Positions 12,840 through 26,600 of a DNA stretch of 50,305 nt are shown piece after piece (the first letter of the stretch is position 1; each line of letters starts with the position of its first letter). A model generated the notes under the pieces. The model saw only the letters and a list, made by a program, of their open reading frames with translations, had not been told where the DNA came from and did not search any database. Made by a program: the position numbers and the translations under genes. Origin of the DNA: Ionaspis alba (taxonomy: Eukaryota); contig CAXUUL010000037.1 of NCBI GenBank assembly GCA_964255285.1, positions 1 through 50,305 on the forward strand, read 5' to 3'.

Positions 12840-12881
12840 GAGACCGGCAGAAAACCGTAGAATCTGTTGGAATCTACGGTT
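12840..12881 (+). promoter_or_regulatory. Putative step-type heat-shock element upstream of YDJ1
   Basis: GAA at 12850, 12860 and 12870 (10-bp periodicity; GAG at 12840), overlapping an inverted repeat aaccgtagaatc...gaatctacggtt. Confidence 0.45.
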
Positions 12882-13267
12882 CCTACCGAATAGGGCTAGG
12901 TCTTGCTGCCTCACTAGACCAGGGTGGTGGATTTTGTCCTCGCGGCGGAGAACACATTCACTCTATCAGCTCAACAAACTATTCGGAGCAACACAAACGT
13001 TCATACTCTCCTTCCTCCGTGCATCGAATCGATATCGTTCAGAAACGCTGATTTATAAACGTCCATTTCTTCGCCTCTACTCATTTGCGCGCATCGCAAA
13101 GTCCGAGGTCAGTGAGCAATTAGGCAAAAATGACCGACAAGCAATCCATGCTAAATTTTCCTCAGACACGAAAACGGTCTGAGACTTCAGATTCGCTTTC
13201 GTCCGAGCTTGCCCGTCTCACACTTATTCCGGAACATTTAGAGAACAAGCATTAATCTCAAGTCACG

Positions 13268-14855
13268 ATGGTGAAGGAGACGAGATTCTACGAACTTCTT
13301 GAGGTAGGATTTGTGCTTTAACGATTTAGAGTACTTTTAGTGGGACGTAAGCTCATAGTTTCATCCTAGGTTTCGGTTGACGCATCAGACGCTCAATTAA
13401 AATCCGCATACAAGAAGGGAGCACTCCGACATCACCCTGGTAAGAGCTCTATCAAGATATGACAATCCTTCTAGGCTAAACTCTTGCGATCAGACAAGAA
13501 TCGAGATAACCCAACCGCCGCTGAAAAATTCAAGGACATTTCTAAAGCCTACGAAGTACTTTCCGACCCCCAAAAGCGAGCTGTCTATGATCAATATGGC
13601 GAAGCAGGTCTATCTGAACAAGGTGGCGCTGCGGGCGGCATGAACGCAGAAGACTTGTTCTCTCAGTTCTTCGGAGGAGGCGGACTCGGTAGCATGTTCG
13701 GTGGAGGCATGCGTGATGCCGGACCCAAAAAGGCCAGGACCATTCACCATGTCCACAAAGTCTCGCTGGAGGACATCTACAACGGTAAGACTTCGAAACT
13801 TGCACTCCAGAAGTCGGTCATTTGTCCTGATTGTGATGGACGTGGTGGCAAGCATGGAGCTGTGAAAACCTGTGCTGGTTGTGGTGGAGCTGGAATGAAG
13901 ACAATGATGCGACAAATGGGCCCGATGATTCAGCGTTTTCAGACAGTCTGCCCAGATTGCCAGGGAGAAGGTGAAATTATCCGCGAGAGAGACCGGTGCC
14001 GAAGATGCAAAGGGAAGAAGACGGTTGTCGAGCGCAAGGTCTTACATGTCCCCGTCGACAGGGGTGTTCCCAATGGATACAAGATCGACTTCCGCGGTGA
14101 AGGAGACCAAATGCCAGGTGTGCAGCCGGGAGATGTTCAATTCGAAATTGAGCAGAAGCCTCATCCACGATTCCGACGCCAAGGCGACGACCTCATCTAC
14201 AAGGCAAAGATTCACCTCTACACCGCGCTAGCGGGTGGGCAAATACATATCCAGCACTTGGACCGGATTGAAAGAGACGGGATGCTTGTCTCTCGTACAT
14301 TGGTTGTGAATGTTCAAGGTGGAGAAGTCATCCAGCCTGGTAAGAACTGGCAATCACTGTGCTGTAGTGCCAATTCTAACAGAAGCAGGTCAGCTGAAGA
14401 TGATCAGAGGAGCTGGTATGCCCTCTATGAGACACCACGATCCTGGCAATATGTATATCCAATTTGAAATTGAATATCCCCAAGGCCCGCTGATATTCAA
14501 CGCCGAAGAGCGAAAGCAGCTGAGGAAGATGTTGAATGTTCCCGAGGACGAGGAAAAGGTTCAGTTGAGACTTCGTAGGGCCATCGAGGACGCTAGGGCC
14601 AATAAAAAAAGTGCCGATAGCATGGATGTGGATTTTAAAATCGACACCACAACGAATAAGATTATCGATAATGGTCAAGGTGACGAAATCGATGCATTTG
14701 CGTCTCCTGTCCCTAAGGACGACGTCGTGGAAAAAATCGGTCTCGAAGACGTTGATCCTAAGGGCCAGCGAGGGACCAACGGGGTGACCATGGAAGACGA
14801 GGAGGACGAGGGCATGCCAGCAGGGGCCGAGAGGATGCAGTGTGCTTCACAGTAG
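13268..14855 (+). CDS. YDJ1: Type I Hsp40/DnaJ co-chaperone (Ydj1/Mas5)
   Basis: MVKETRFY, J-domain HPD split by an intron, G/F region, four CxxCxGxG-type repeats and C-terminal CaaX CASQ; probable 5'UTR intron 13108-13165. Confidence 0.96.
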
Positions 14856-15278
14856 AGAAGAGCTATGCTTGCAAACATCACGACGATACACATCTACCTG
14901 GCGCCAAGAGCATTGCCCGTCAGATGAGCTATGGTGAACTATTAGACTTTCCTGTTCTCACACTTGCTTAAGTCGTTTGTTGTGGAACTGGCGGCCTAGG
15001 AATTTTTTGGAGGTGTGATTCGGTCTCACCTTTATCACGTTGCTTAGAAGTCGTGGGCAAATGTCATCTCAGGTTCGTTGAGACGGCGTTCCCTTTCACA
15101 GGCACTGAGAGCGGAGGAATATGTTGTCCTCCTGTTTTTGCTAGTCTGTCGCAGAGAATAGCTACGGCTTAGTCGTGCATGGTGTTCATGGTCATTAGAT
15201 CGGCGCATTAGTAGCTTAGATAGCCGGTCAATAGTTTTTGTAGTGGATAATGAAATTCTCGACTAGGTATGTAATTTC

Positions 15279-15348
15279 ACGCGTGGTTACGGAAATATGA
15301 CATTTCAGTGGGCAGCGGGGCTAGATCGCGTCAACTCCTCCGTCGCGT
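15279..15348. promoter_or_regulatory. MCB-like elements upstream of MSH1
   Basis: ACGCGT 15279-15284; TCGCGT 15326-15331 and 15343-15348. Confidence 0.5.
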
Positions 15349-15365
15349 AACCAGTGCTCACAAGC

Positions 15366-18300
15366 ATGCAATCGACGTCCCTCCGAACAAAACACCTGAG
15401 ATGCATTAGAAACACAGGAGCTTTCGGTCCCATATTCTGTCCTCATTCGCACACACTTCTGTTCGTCCAATGCCATGGTTATCGTCTGTCACAGCTTCAC
15501 ACCATATCAGTATGTCAGAAACGAGGAGTAAAAACGAAAGCCACGGCGATGCTCAAGGACCTGCCGCAAGGGGTCCTCAGTGGAGGCATACCACCCGAAA
15601 TAGAGGAAGATAGAAGTCCGACATACCCTACAGTGGTACAGCAGGCTAGAAACAATATGCGCAGGTTTGGAAATTGTGTGGTATTGACCAGGGTTGGAGG
15701 CTTCTACGAGGTCTGTTGATTCAGGAGATTTGGCTTCAGAAGGAGTTGACGGATGGTCTAGCTGTACTTCGAGCATGCCGACGAGTTCGGTCCGCTGCTC
15801 AACCTCAAAGTTGCTCAGAAAAAGACTACTGCGGGTCCAGTCTCAATGGTGAGTGGCTCGTTGCATTTTGAGCTATGTATGTAACCTGGCTAATGCTCAA
15901 CGCAGGCTGGATTTCCCTTCTTTCAGCTAGACAGATTTCTCAAAACCCTTGTGCAAGATCTTGGGAAGTACGTCGCCATCAGCGAGGAGTTCCCTAATAA
16001 TGCGTCGGGAAAGGTCAAATCAGGAGGACTACTCTTCGACCGTAAGGTGACAAGGATTGTTACACCAGGAACTTTGGTTGACGAGAAGTTCATCGACCCT
16101 TATGAGAATAACTTTCTACTCGCGATACATCCTCTTGGATCACGACAAAGTTTACATTTAGAGGAGGGACCTGGGGGAATGGAAGTACAGGAGCAAGCTT
16201 TGCTCGCGTTGCCTACAGCACGAGAAATCGGACTTGCCTGGCTGGATCTATCTACTGGGGAGTTTTTCACCCAAACGACCACAATGGGAGCTTTGCCTTC
16301 AGAAGTGCTTCGTATTGGTGCGCGAGAGTTACTCATATCCAACTCGACTGAGGAAAGTTTGAAAAAAACCATTTTGGACCTGCTCGATCATGAGCGGCAT
16401 CGTATTGCTATGCAGCCAGTTCGCTCAGATGGCAACACCATGTCCCAATGGGCGTCGATGATGGAATCACCTGTACCCATCTTGGACCAAGCCCGCTTCT
16501 CAGAGGAAGAGATCATGGCTGGCAGTATGCTATTGCACTATGTGAAGGACAGACTTCTCGGATCGGGAATCAAATTGCAGCCACCGACCAGGAGACAAGG
16601 GAGTGAAAGCATGGGGATCGACAGAAATAGTATGAAAGGTCTAGAGATCCTTGAGACGTCGAGAGATGCAATTACAGGTGGAAAAGGAAGCCTGCTACAT
16701 GCCATCCGCCGAACTGTGACTAGAAGTGGAGCCAGACTACTGCGAGACCGTATATGTATGTCTACTCCTTCCTCCTTCCTTCTACCTCGCCATCGGTTAA
16801 GATCTTGGTTCCGGCGTCCGCTCTGCTCTTAAGTCATTATTGATACTTCGGACAGCATCACCCTCCACATCTCTCACAATTATCAAGCAGAGGCTTGACC
16901 GTGTTGAATGGTTTCTAGAACGTGGCTACTTGAGAGACGATATCGTGGGTCTGCTGAAACGTACCTTCGATTCGCAACGTCTCGTCCAGAAATTCTCCCT
17001 TGGTCGAGGCGATGCTGATGACCTCATAAGTCTGCTTCGTACCATTGCCTTAACCCAAGTCACCTCGGATCTGTTGCGAGAAGCAATCAATAAAGAGAAA
17101 GAAGAACAAGCCGCAATACCAAATAGTGGGAAGTCTATGGATTTGCTATTACAAAACTTCTCCTTGGACGGTCCCAATGCACTGTCTCATCGAATAGCCG
17201 AGGCAATTGATGAAGACGGCCTTATGACAAGTCATCGTATTGAACAGCTACAGAGTTCATCCATGGTGTCCATGGCTCAAGAAATCCTTAACAATCAAGG
17301 CAGTACCGAAGATCTGGAAGCAATGTCCCGAGTGGTTCGTTCGCGGGCTACTAGCAAAACCGCGAAGGAGAATAGTGAGGAAGAACAAGACGTATGGATA
17401 ATGCGCAAGAACGCGAGCACCGCATTAGAAAGACTTCACAATGATCTACAACAGCTACTGCAGGAGAAGGCGATTTTGACCTCAGATCTTCGAGAGCAAA
17501 CGATGGCTCCAAGTATGACACTGCGATGGACACCAGGTCTTGGACACATTTGTCATATTCGAGGCGTGAGAGACGTACGAGTGTCTGCAGAGCATCTCGT
17601 CTCGGCTCGAAATGTTGCATCATCCAAATCGACGCGCTCATTCTACTTGCCAGAGTGGTCCAAACTAGGAGGCAAAATTGACCAAGTAAAGCTACAGATA
17701 CGTGGAGAAGAGCAACGAGTTTTCCAGGAGCTCCGGGAACAGGTCGTCGCCAATCTCATCGGCCTACGACGCAATGCTACAGTCCTGGACGAGCTGGATA
17801 TTGCATGCTCTTCGGCAGTCCTGGCGGAAGAGCAGGGTCTTGTGAGACCTATTCTCAACAGCGGAACGAGCCACAAGATTATCGGTGGAAGACATCCCAC
17901 TGTCAAACTAGGCCTTGAAGAACAAGGCAGAGCGTTCGTCAGCAACGATTGCTTTGTAGGAGAAGAACAACGCATATGGCTCATCACGGGGCCCAATATG
18001 GCAGGGAAGAGTACCTTCTTGAGGCAAAACGCTCTGATTTCGATCCTAGCTCAAGTCGGTTGTTTTGTCCCTGCTGCGCACGCCGAAATCGGCATCGTCG
18101 ATCACATCTATAGCAGGATTGGATCAGCAGACAATCTCTTCCAAGACCAGTCGACCTTTATGGTCGAAATGCTTGAGACAGCCGCAATCTTGAAACAAGC
18201 CACCCCTCGCTCTTTCGTTATCATGGATGAGGTTGGCCGAGGGACAACTCCCGAGGATGGTGTGGCGGTTGGCTATGCTTGTCTCCACCATCTCTATCAT

Positions 18301-18638
18301 ACCAACCGCTGCAGGACTCTCTTCGCGACTCACTTCCATGCACTGGCGGACATGACGAGCGAATGGGAGCAGCTCGGCTGCTACTGTACCGATGTGGTCG
18401 AGAGTGAATCTGGATCTTTCACTTACGTACATCAACTTAGGCGAGGTGTCAACAGGCAGTCGCATGCTCTGAAAGTTGCTAGGCTTGCAGGTAGGGACAT
18501 GAAGGGCGATCGAGATTCTTGAAGCTTGCTTACATTTAATTAGGAATGCCTGAAAGTGCAATCGACATTGCTCGTCAGGTTGTGCTATCTTCTTTCCAGC
18601 CGGCCGACAGAAAACACGAAAGTTCGGATCAACTCTGA
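15366..18638 (+). CDS. MSH1: Mitochondrial MutS homolog 1
   Basis: Basic presequence-like N-terminus, LTRVGGFYELY, MAGFP, RIVTPGT, Walker A ITGPNMAGKSTFLRQ, STFMVEM, MDEVGRGT and FATHFH; last exon ends TGA at 18638. Confidence 0.93.
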
Positions 18639-18973
18639 GCGTGCAGTTCATCTATGTCAATAGACACAAGACGATTGTTATTCGAGTGGAATGGGAGTTC
18701 AGTGGTTCCGGCGTCTTCTTCGAGCTGAGATGTACGCATAGATATGATTTTCTCCTTAGCTTGGTAAATGAATGACCCGTAGCTGTCTCGTAAAGGCGTA
18801 GGGAACGTGGGAGTGATAAGCATTTAGGGCGCGATTTTGTACAAGGTCCTAGGACGAAGATCATAGAAAATGTACACTATGACTTTAGATCATACAGATG
18901 GCTATACCCACTTTCCGGACCCAACCTAATGGCCCAAAAATGAACCCTCCTCTATCATCTCCACTTATCAGCT

Positions 18974-21743
18974 CTATCCCGTCTCCGCCCCAGAAACCCT
19001 TGCAACCAACTCCTCCTCCTCCCTCCTCCTCTCCACATTCGCAACGGCACTCTGCAGCGCACTCGTCAAATCCATATGAAACAATGGCCTATTCAACCCA
19101 TGCACAACCGCCACCCTAGACGTCTGCAACTTATACGCCTTCGCACCATCCAGATCGCCATCGAATCCACTCTTCGTACTCGCCCAATCCTTGCTGATCG
19201 TCTCCGCGTCCCTCTCCCCTCCCACGCTCTTCGTGCGCGAAGCCTCCAGATCTTCCGTCCGCCTCCTCTTCAGACTAAGCTCCATCTCGCGGTTCTCCGC
19301 CGCTGCAGCCGCAGACTCATCACCGCCGATTTCTGCGACGCTGAAGATCGGCTTCCAGCGCTGGTATGGCGCTGTGGTTGATGGGTCGGGGGATGGGTAG
19401 CCGAAGCCGGCTGAGGCGAGAGCACGCTTGGTCCAGCGGTTGGTGATGCACGCGAGATGCCAGTCGACGCGGGCGGGCGCGGCGTAACGGTCGAGTTGGT
19501 TGCGCACGTCCAGAAGGTGCTGGATGCTGGTTATGTCGACGTTGTTTACGGAGGAGAAATCGAGGATGACGGCTTTTAGTGTGGGGCGGTGGGATACGTC
19601 GGCGGCGAGTTTGCCGCGGCGGGGACCTGGGTCGTTCCAAGGGCGGTCCTGTTGAAGGTGGTTAGTTGTAGAGTTGTGGAGTTCTTGGTGGGTGGGGAAA
19701 TCTGGGATGAGCTTACGCCTAGTTTGGGGTAGGAGTCTGGATTTGTGCGGCGCGTTTCTTTAAAGATGGTTGCGACCATGTAGTCGAGGTAGTGGTTTGC
19801 ATTTGGGTAATTGAAGCCTTCCGAGAAGCGATAGATGAAGATTCCCGGATAAGGTGACTCCACGTCGATTTGGGGATTGGAGCCGTCGTTGTGCTCGATA
19901 GGGAGGAAAATATTTCGGGCTGAGTTGTCGGGATCGTTGGCAAATCTGGTGCTGTCTTTTCCTGCTAAGGGATCTTTGCTCTCCATGATGTGGTCTCCAA
20001 TGACAGAGTGGACTTTGACTTTCCCTAGGAAGCGACCTTGTGCTTTAACAACCCGGAAGAGAAGGACAGCGATCGAGATACAGATGGTGGTGTAGATGCC
20101 GTTTTCGATGCTGGAGAAGATGGTGACAATCACACCGGCGAAGAAGATGATGACCTCCAGAGGTGAAATCCGCCAGAATTGGTAAACAGTATTAGGAGGG
20201 GTGATGAGATCTCCCACTGCGTGAATGATAACACCTGCTAGGGAGGAGCTCGGGATATAGAAAAACACAGCGGGTAGAGCATATATCGCTAGGAGGACGA
20301 CAACGGCTGTGATAGCACCTGCGAACGGTGTTCTGACACCGGCTTTCGACTTGATTGCCGTTCTTGAGAACGAGCCCGTAGCTGGATAGCCACCAAGGAA
20401 AGGTCCGATCAAATTTGTGACTCCGATAGCAACAAGCTCCTGGGATGGATCAATAGTATAATTGTTGACTCGACCAAAGGACTTAGCAATCGCAATGTGC
20501 TCGATAAGCAGCACAATGACAGAGGCTGGAAGCTCGCTGGCGAAAGTGCTGATGATCTTGGAATTGATGACCGGTACGCCTGCATTCTGAAATCCTGTTT
20601 GACAGGTCAGCCAGCTTTCCGCCGAACATTGCGGACGAAGATTTACCTCTTGGGACAGTGCCAAGAATCTTAAAATGAGCTTGACTACTCGACTTTATGG
20701 TTCTGTTCACCAACCAGCTGATCATTGTGTACAACAAAATGACGAACACAGTCCGGAGCGTCGAAAGATAAAAGAACAACTTCTTGCGGGACGGAAGCCG
20801 CCGAGCACCGAAGTTGCAGGCGCTGCGGATGAGATAAAGCATGGCCAACGCTGTCAATCCCATGGCAGCATCCAACTGGGTTTTGCCTAGGTTCTTCAGG
20901 ATATTGATGATGACTAGGTAGGTGGCGTCTCTTGTGGAGAACCCAGTGATACCCATCATTGTCGGTACTTGGCCAGCCGCAATGTTGATGGCAGAACCCG
21001 TCATAAAAGCAGAGATGGCAGCGAGTGAAATGAAATCAACGATCCATCCGCATCGAGCGAGACCAATAGCGCAGATGATTGCGCCAGCAATTATAGCGAG
21101 TGCTGACGCTATAACATGACCTTCCAGTTCTGGATTCGTCTTTTGAGCGAGAATAACCACGTTCCCAGTGACGGTGGACATGACGGCTACCGGCTGTGGG
21201 ACGTCAGCTATCCTTTCAACGAAGCGGACTCTCAGTGAATGCTCACCCCAATGGTAATGTCCTTCGAGGTAGCAAAGAACCAGTAGATCAAGACTCCGAC
21301 GAAAGAAGAGTATAACCCAAATTGCGGTGGGAGCTGGGCAAGCGCGGCATAAGCCATTCCTTGAGGAACAACAACAGCTCCAACAGTAACACCTAACATT
21401 CTCAGTGTCTGATGTACGGGTGTAGTGTAGCCGCCCCAAGCAGCTTGGACATACCTGCAATGATATCACCAAGCAACCATTGGAGATTGTAGCGACCAAT
21501 CCAATGAACGAAGGGAAAGAGGCTGTACAAATATCGCAGCATTCCTTTGCCAGTAGGAACAAACTCCATGAGCCATTCCGCCGACGTGGGTTCTTGCTCC
21601 ACGTAGGTATCCGCACTCGAAACGGAAAAGACGGACTCGCCTCGGGACAAACCTTCGTTGCCGGTGGGGTCACGGTAATGCAGCTTGATGCCCAGGAACT
21701 TGGCCAAGCCGTGGCCTACCTTGGTGGAGGTCGTGGTTGCCAT
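18974..21743 (-). CDS. High-affinity sulfate permease (SulP/SLC26 with STAS domain)
   Basis: GDIIAG/VTVGAVVVPQGMAYA, TSKDITIGPVAV, GYPATGSFSRTAI and STAS-region IYRFSEGFNYPNA; multi-exon; homologous to yeast SUL1/2, Neurospora cys-14 and Aspergillus sB. Confidence 0.95.
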
Positions 21744-22759
21744 GAGAGGCAATTGGCGGCGCACGTGATGCCGCTTGAATGAGCTGTATGCTTATTTTCT
21801 GTACGGATCGCAAGAGTTAGTTCGAAAGGAATGGGCAATCCAAGATTCTATCTCAGATCTTTGACGGATAGATACGCGAGCTTCCTCTTTCCGTCGGAGC
21901 AGGTCAGGTGAAGAAGCTATAAAAAGTAGGTAATCCGTCGATGGGATTGGAAACCCCCGGTATTTATAGCAAATGCGAGCCCCACGTGTGCCGTCAAATG
22001 ATCTTGCAGAAAGGGGGGAAAGGTACAGCTTGCAAGAGACAGGCTTGCCAGGGCTTGGAGCAATTTATATATGCAGCAGTATGCACGACCTGTCCCGACA
22101 ACCACAACAACCACCCAAAAGCAATAGGAAACCCGAGCGAGGCGGCTTGGTGCAACCTACTCCTTCCAGCAAAGTCTCGCACGTCGGGCTATAGGCCGGC
22201 GTATCGAAACCCAGAGATTGCTGCAGTGTGGGGGAGCCTGAATGCGAGAGAAGTGCAAGCAGTTGCCAGCATCGAATGATCGGGGAGAGGAGTCGTAGTA
22301 CTTGGACGGGAAGTGTGACAGTCTCGAACAAAAAGGAAGACGATCCCGTTCGAGCAATATCAAACTCCAAGCCATGTTGAAGATGGCCGGTACTAGGCCT
22401 TGCTACAAGTGGATTCCTGATCGAAGTCGTGCTTGATCCTCTCGCTGACGTGAGCCGCGGTGGAATGGCGTGCTCAGCGACTAGAACAAAAGGGAGCAGG
22501 CCGGGCTCGTCCCGAGGGAGCAGAAAACAAAGGGGTGGGAGGGATGCTAGGGATGGTAGTTGCCAACGACCGGGAATGGTGCAAGGTTCTTCGTACATAT
22601 ATGCAGTCTTCGTTTCTGGTAGCTCATCCCGTCTGGTCATGGTCCTGGGGCAACAATAATAAGCAGCCACCGTCATTGCGGTTGTTTTTTGTTTCTTGTT
22701 GCAAGAGTGGCAGTCGTCAGCGTAGTGAAACTGCAAAAACTCGAGTCCTAAACCAAGGA

Positions 22760-22855
22760 CGTACTCAAAATCAGATCTGATTTCTTAAGGCGTACTCAAA
22801 ATCAACTCAAAACACCCGAGTTACTCAAGTAATTGTTTTGGGTTGAGTAGTTTTG
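22760..22855. repeat. Short cluster of direct and inverted repeats
   Basis: CGTACTCAAAATCA twice, ACTCAAAA three times, perfect 16-bp palindrome AAATCAGATCTGATTT (22768-22783), and inverted pair caactcaaaaca/tgttttgggttg. Confidence 0.6.
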
Positions 22856-23120
22856 TCGCTCCACTGGCAGTGGTGGCAGTCGTGGGTAATAGCGCGGGTG
22901 GGTGGCCCGTTCGAGCGTGGGCGTGGGGTGCAGCGGCGGCAATGCGTCGAGATCGCTAGGCGGGGAGGGTGACAATGCCCCTAGCAAGTGTCCCGACCGT
23001 CTTTCGATCCCTACCGTTTGGTAATTGTCTTTCTCCGCCCTCCCTCTCCTGCAGCCACCAGTGACTCCCCACAATGACACTTTCTCGGGGCTGGGGAATA
23101 ATAGCAATCACAAATTAGAT

Positions 23121-23220
23121 NNNNNNNNNNNNNNNNNNNNNNNNNNNNNNNNNNNNNNNNNNNNNNNNNNNNNNNNNNNNNNNNNNNNNNNNNNNNNNNN
23201 NNNNNNNNNNNNNNNNNNNN
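23121..23220. other. Assembly gap (100 N)
   Basis: Run of exactly 100 n; true size unknown. Confidence 0.99.
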
Positions 23221-23639
23221 TTGGTGTCCCGAGTGATGTCCAACTAGAATCGGCCATGGCGGCTTGTACCAGCTGTGATCTCTCTTGAATCATCGGCAGA
23301 TCTACAGTGACGAGGCTTTTCCATAGCACTGAGCGGATGTTCCAGGTGTCTTGACTGTCTCTGAACATTTCTGATATACATTCGCAAAATTCTCAAAAAA
23401 GCACACCTCTAATATACTCGGAACTGCACAAGCCCTATGGTATCCGTGGTATCTCAAACGTAGTCCGTACAACAATGCCTTTCCTCCCTCTTTCAACGCC
23501 GCTCGTACCAGTATCACTCCTTTCCCTTCCCTCTTCCGTTCTCTAGTCGATAATCATTGCATCCCACCCAAGATCTACCAATTCATCTCAAGCCTTTCAA
23601 GAATGCACCCAAGAACAACTTCCTTCCATCCACTCCTGC

Positions 23640-26600
23640 TCATTGCAAAAGGTTCCGCAACGATGGACTCGCACTCGCACCATTCGTAATCGCCGCCTCG
23701 TTTCCAGTCCAACCACCATTTCTCGCCCCACCCTCACCAGGTATCTCGGGTCTATCCTCCGGTCCTCGAAGTCGTGGACTTACTCCCGGGCTACCATGGA
23801 TACCGTGATAGCGTTGGCGTGGCGATGAACGTGAATGATGTGGTATAAGGAACGGATTTTCTGCCGCCCGCGGTGGACCGGCCGGTGCATGTGCGACGCG
23901 GTAGTGGACCGGTGGCGACCGAGTTCCATTGGATACTGGACGGACATATTGTGGGCCGTTATGGTGTTGAGGGTGGTGGTGTCCGAGGTAGCCCTGATGA
24001 TCCATGGGGCGAGGCGCTTCCCGCGACAATTGATAAGGAGGTGGAGCTCCATTCACGTGGCCGTTCATCTGGTGCTGGGGTGGTGGTGGTGGCGGTGGCG
24101 GTGGTGGAATGGCGCGCGGCGGCTCGTGGCTTTCGTAGCCGTTCGTGTAGAAACGTGTTGGAGGTGTGGTGTAGGCCGCTGGTCCCATATGTGTCATGTG
24201 TGCTGGTGGCGAATGACTGATGCCGTTAGTTATGTTTCGTGGACTATGGAATTCAGATCCATGCTGATGCGGCCAAGGCTCTGCATGAGCTTGATGAGGA
24301 GCATGCACTCTTGACCACGAGTCAGGCAGAGAGGCGGGCCTCTCGATAGCTTGATCCTCGTGCGGAGGGAGCTGGACCTGTTCTGGTGGTGGACTCGGTG
24401 CTTTCGGTGGCGTTGCAGGTTCCCTCAATTTCTTGAGATAGCATTTGTGACAAGTATACTCCACCGCATCATTCCCTTCGTCGGGATCCGGTGGGGTTTT
24501 TCCAGTTGATCTGGCCGCGGGTGGCAAACTGCCACCTTTGCGGGACAGCTCCCCAATAGGGTAGATTTCGTCGGTTGACGAGTAGCCGTTGACTGTCTCT
24601 CCCACTTCTGGTAGGCTGCTCGGACGGGCGTTAAGCTCACCGCTAACGTTAGCGTGACCATCGTGATACCCGTTGATGTCTGGCGTGTGCCGCTGGCGAG
24701 GCTTCTGTAAGAGATCTATTTCGCCTTTTATGACCGGTCCAGAGCTCCGATTCGCCTTCACCGATTTGTGCCACTTTGGACTTGACTCATTGCCGCAAGA
24801 AGAGCATTCCTTGATTGTAGGCTCGAACACAGTCGAATCATTGAGGTAAAGTATTCGATCGCCGTCTTCGTCTACCTCTTCGGACTGGACAGTCGCTGCA
24901 ACCGGAGAGGCCCTCGTGCTTCGTATCGCGGCCGCTGAACCCACCATACCACCACTGGTTCCGTTCGAGACGGAGCCACGATGACCGGTGCTCGGCTGGG
25001 CATTTTGAGTCACTGCTCTCGTAGACGAATTGATGATAGCGGCTTTGCGGACTGTTCCGGTCAAGGAGAGATCGGCCTGTTTGAAATTGCGCACAAACAA
25101 TTGTAATGCGTTCATGTTGGTATCTTCGATCATCTCATTCATCTGATGGACGATTGACTTGACCGCATGATCCTTGCAGAAGACGACAGCTTCTACATTA
25201 CCCGCCTCGCTTCCCAGTGAGACAGTATTGACCACATCTCGACGCGAGCTCTTCACGGGAGTTACGTCGAAGCCCATGGAGTAACCATATTGTTGTGCAC
25301 AGGTGACATGGAATGTAGCAGGACATTTGTGGCAGGTCACACAGACCCCGACGGTCGTCTTACAGAGCTTGCATATCTGTTTGTGCTTCGAGGAGGGTAT
25401 GGATCCCAAACCCTCAGAAGGTTCCAGGTACATGGCATTACCGAACTTTATCCAAGGTGACCAGACTGCACAGACGACGTGTACCCAATTATTGCCAGCT
25501 GTCCGTTTGAGCGGCTCACGGGGAAGGCTGGGTCGTCCTAGCTCATCTTGCTTGCGCATGTACTGTAGTGTCGCCTCGGTGACCAATTCTTTCTCAAGGC
25601 GCTCTTTTTCCCGTTCTCGGTCACTCTTCTTCTTGTGGGAAGTTCTCGGAGGCTCCATGAGCTCGCATTCGGTTGAACGTTGAGGGCATAGTACACATTC
25701 GTAAGAGGTTGATAGTTGATTTGTAGAATCGTTCGAACACATGTCACAGGTCCATTTGCTTGCTGATCGACCTTCTGCAATACCGTAGCAATTCCGATGA
25801 ACCGTTAACCTGCAGTGGCGGCAGCAAAAATGCTCGTCTCCGAGAGGCTCCATCTGATTACACACGGCGCAAGGTAACGTCCTGATCTTGGGTTGTTCTG
25901 GTATCAGAGGCGGCTCAGGGGGTTTCTCCACGACCTTCTTCTTGGGAGGTTCAATCGGTGGATTCAACGCTTGTTGCTGAACATCCTTCTCGTGTCCTGT
26001 CTTTAACTTCTTCCGAGCGGCTTCTTGCTCAGGCGTTATCGTAAGCGACAAAGTCACATCGATACCAACGGACGCAGCTGCGGCCACAGCGGTGGTGCTC
26101 ATCCCGACCGAGCTTGCCTCGTTGGCGTTGACAAGTTCGATGAGAAGCTCCTCGTCCATCTTTCGTTTCCATGCTCGACCACCGGCTTGAGCAACCTTCT
26201 TTGCAACCTCGTCAATGTTCTCCCATTGAATTGCATATTTTCGCCAAAGTCCTGCACATCTTTGGCAAAGCGCTACCATGAGTCGTGCAGCCTTCTCCCT
26301 GCTACCCTTCACTGTAGGCTCAGCAGGAACAGTTGTACCTGGAGCTGTGCCGGGCGCTCGTCGCCAGTACCGGGAATGTCTTGTAGAGCAGAATTTACAC
26401 TCAAATCCACGCTTGCGCGAAGCGGCTTTGTCATTATCGAAGGCGGAATCGTCGAAGTCATCCGCAACATCATCAACCAGGGTAGAATCTAACTGCTTTG
26501 CCTGCTTTTTACTTTTTCGGCCATCGAAGTTCCCCCATATCTGCTTTCCTCTATCTGTCTTCTTCCACATGTAGTAGAAGCGAACGATATCACCATGCTT

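Noticed and set aside
21917..23107. Overlapping ORFs up to 223 aa upstream of the sulfate permease
   Set aside because: Low-complexity promoter/UTR-like sequence with no homology cues; shadow ORFs on both strands.
24078..24107. GGT/GGC triplet run; also (CGACCT)n at 46238-46259
   Set aside because: Simple coding microsatellites (poly-Pro in SNT2, DL repeat in the GNAT).
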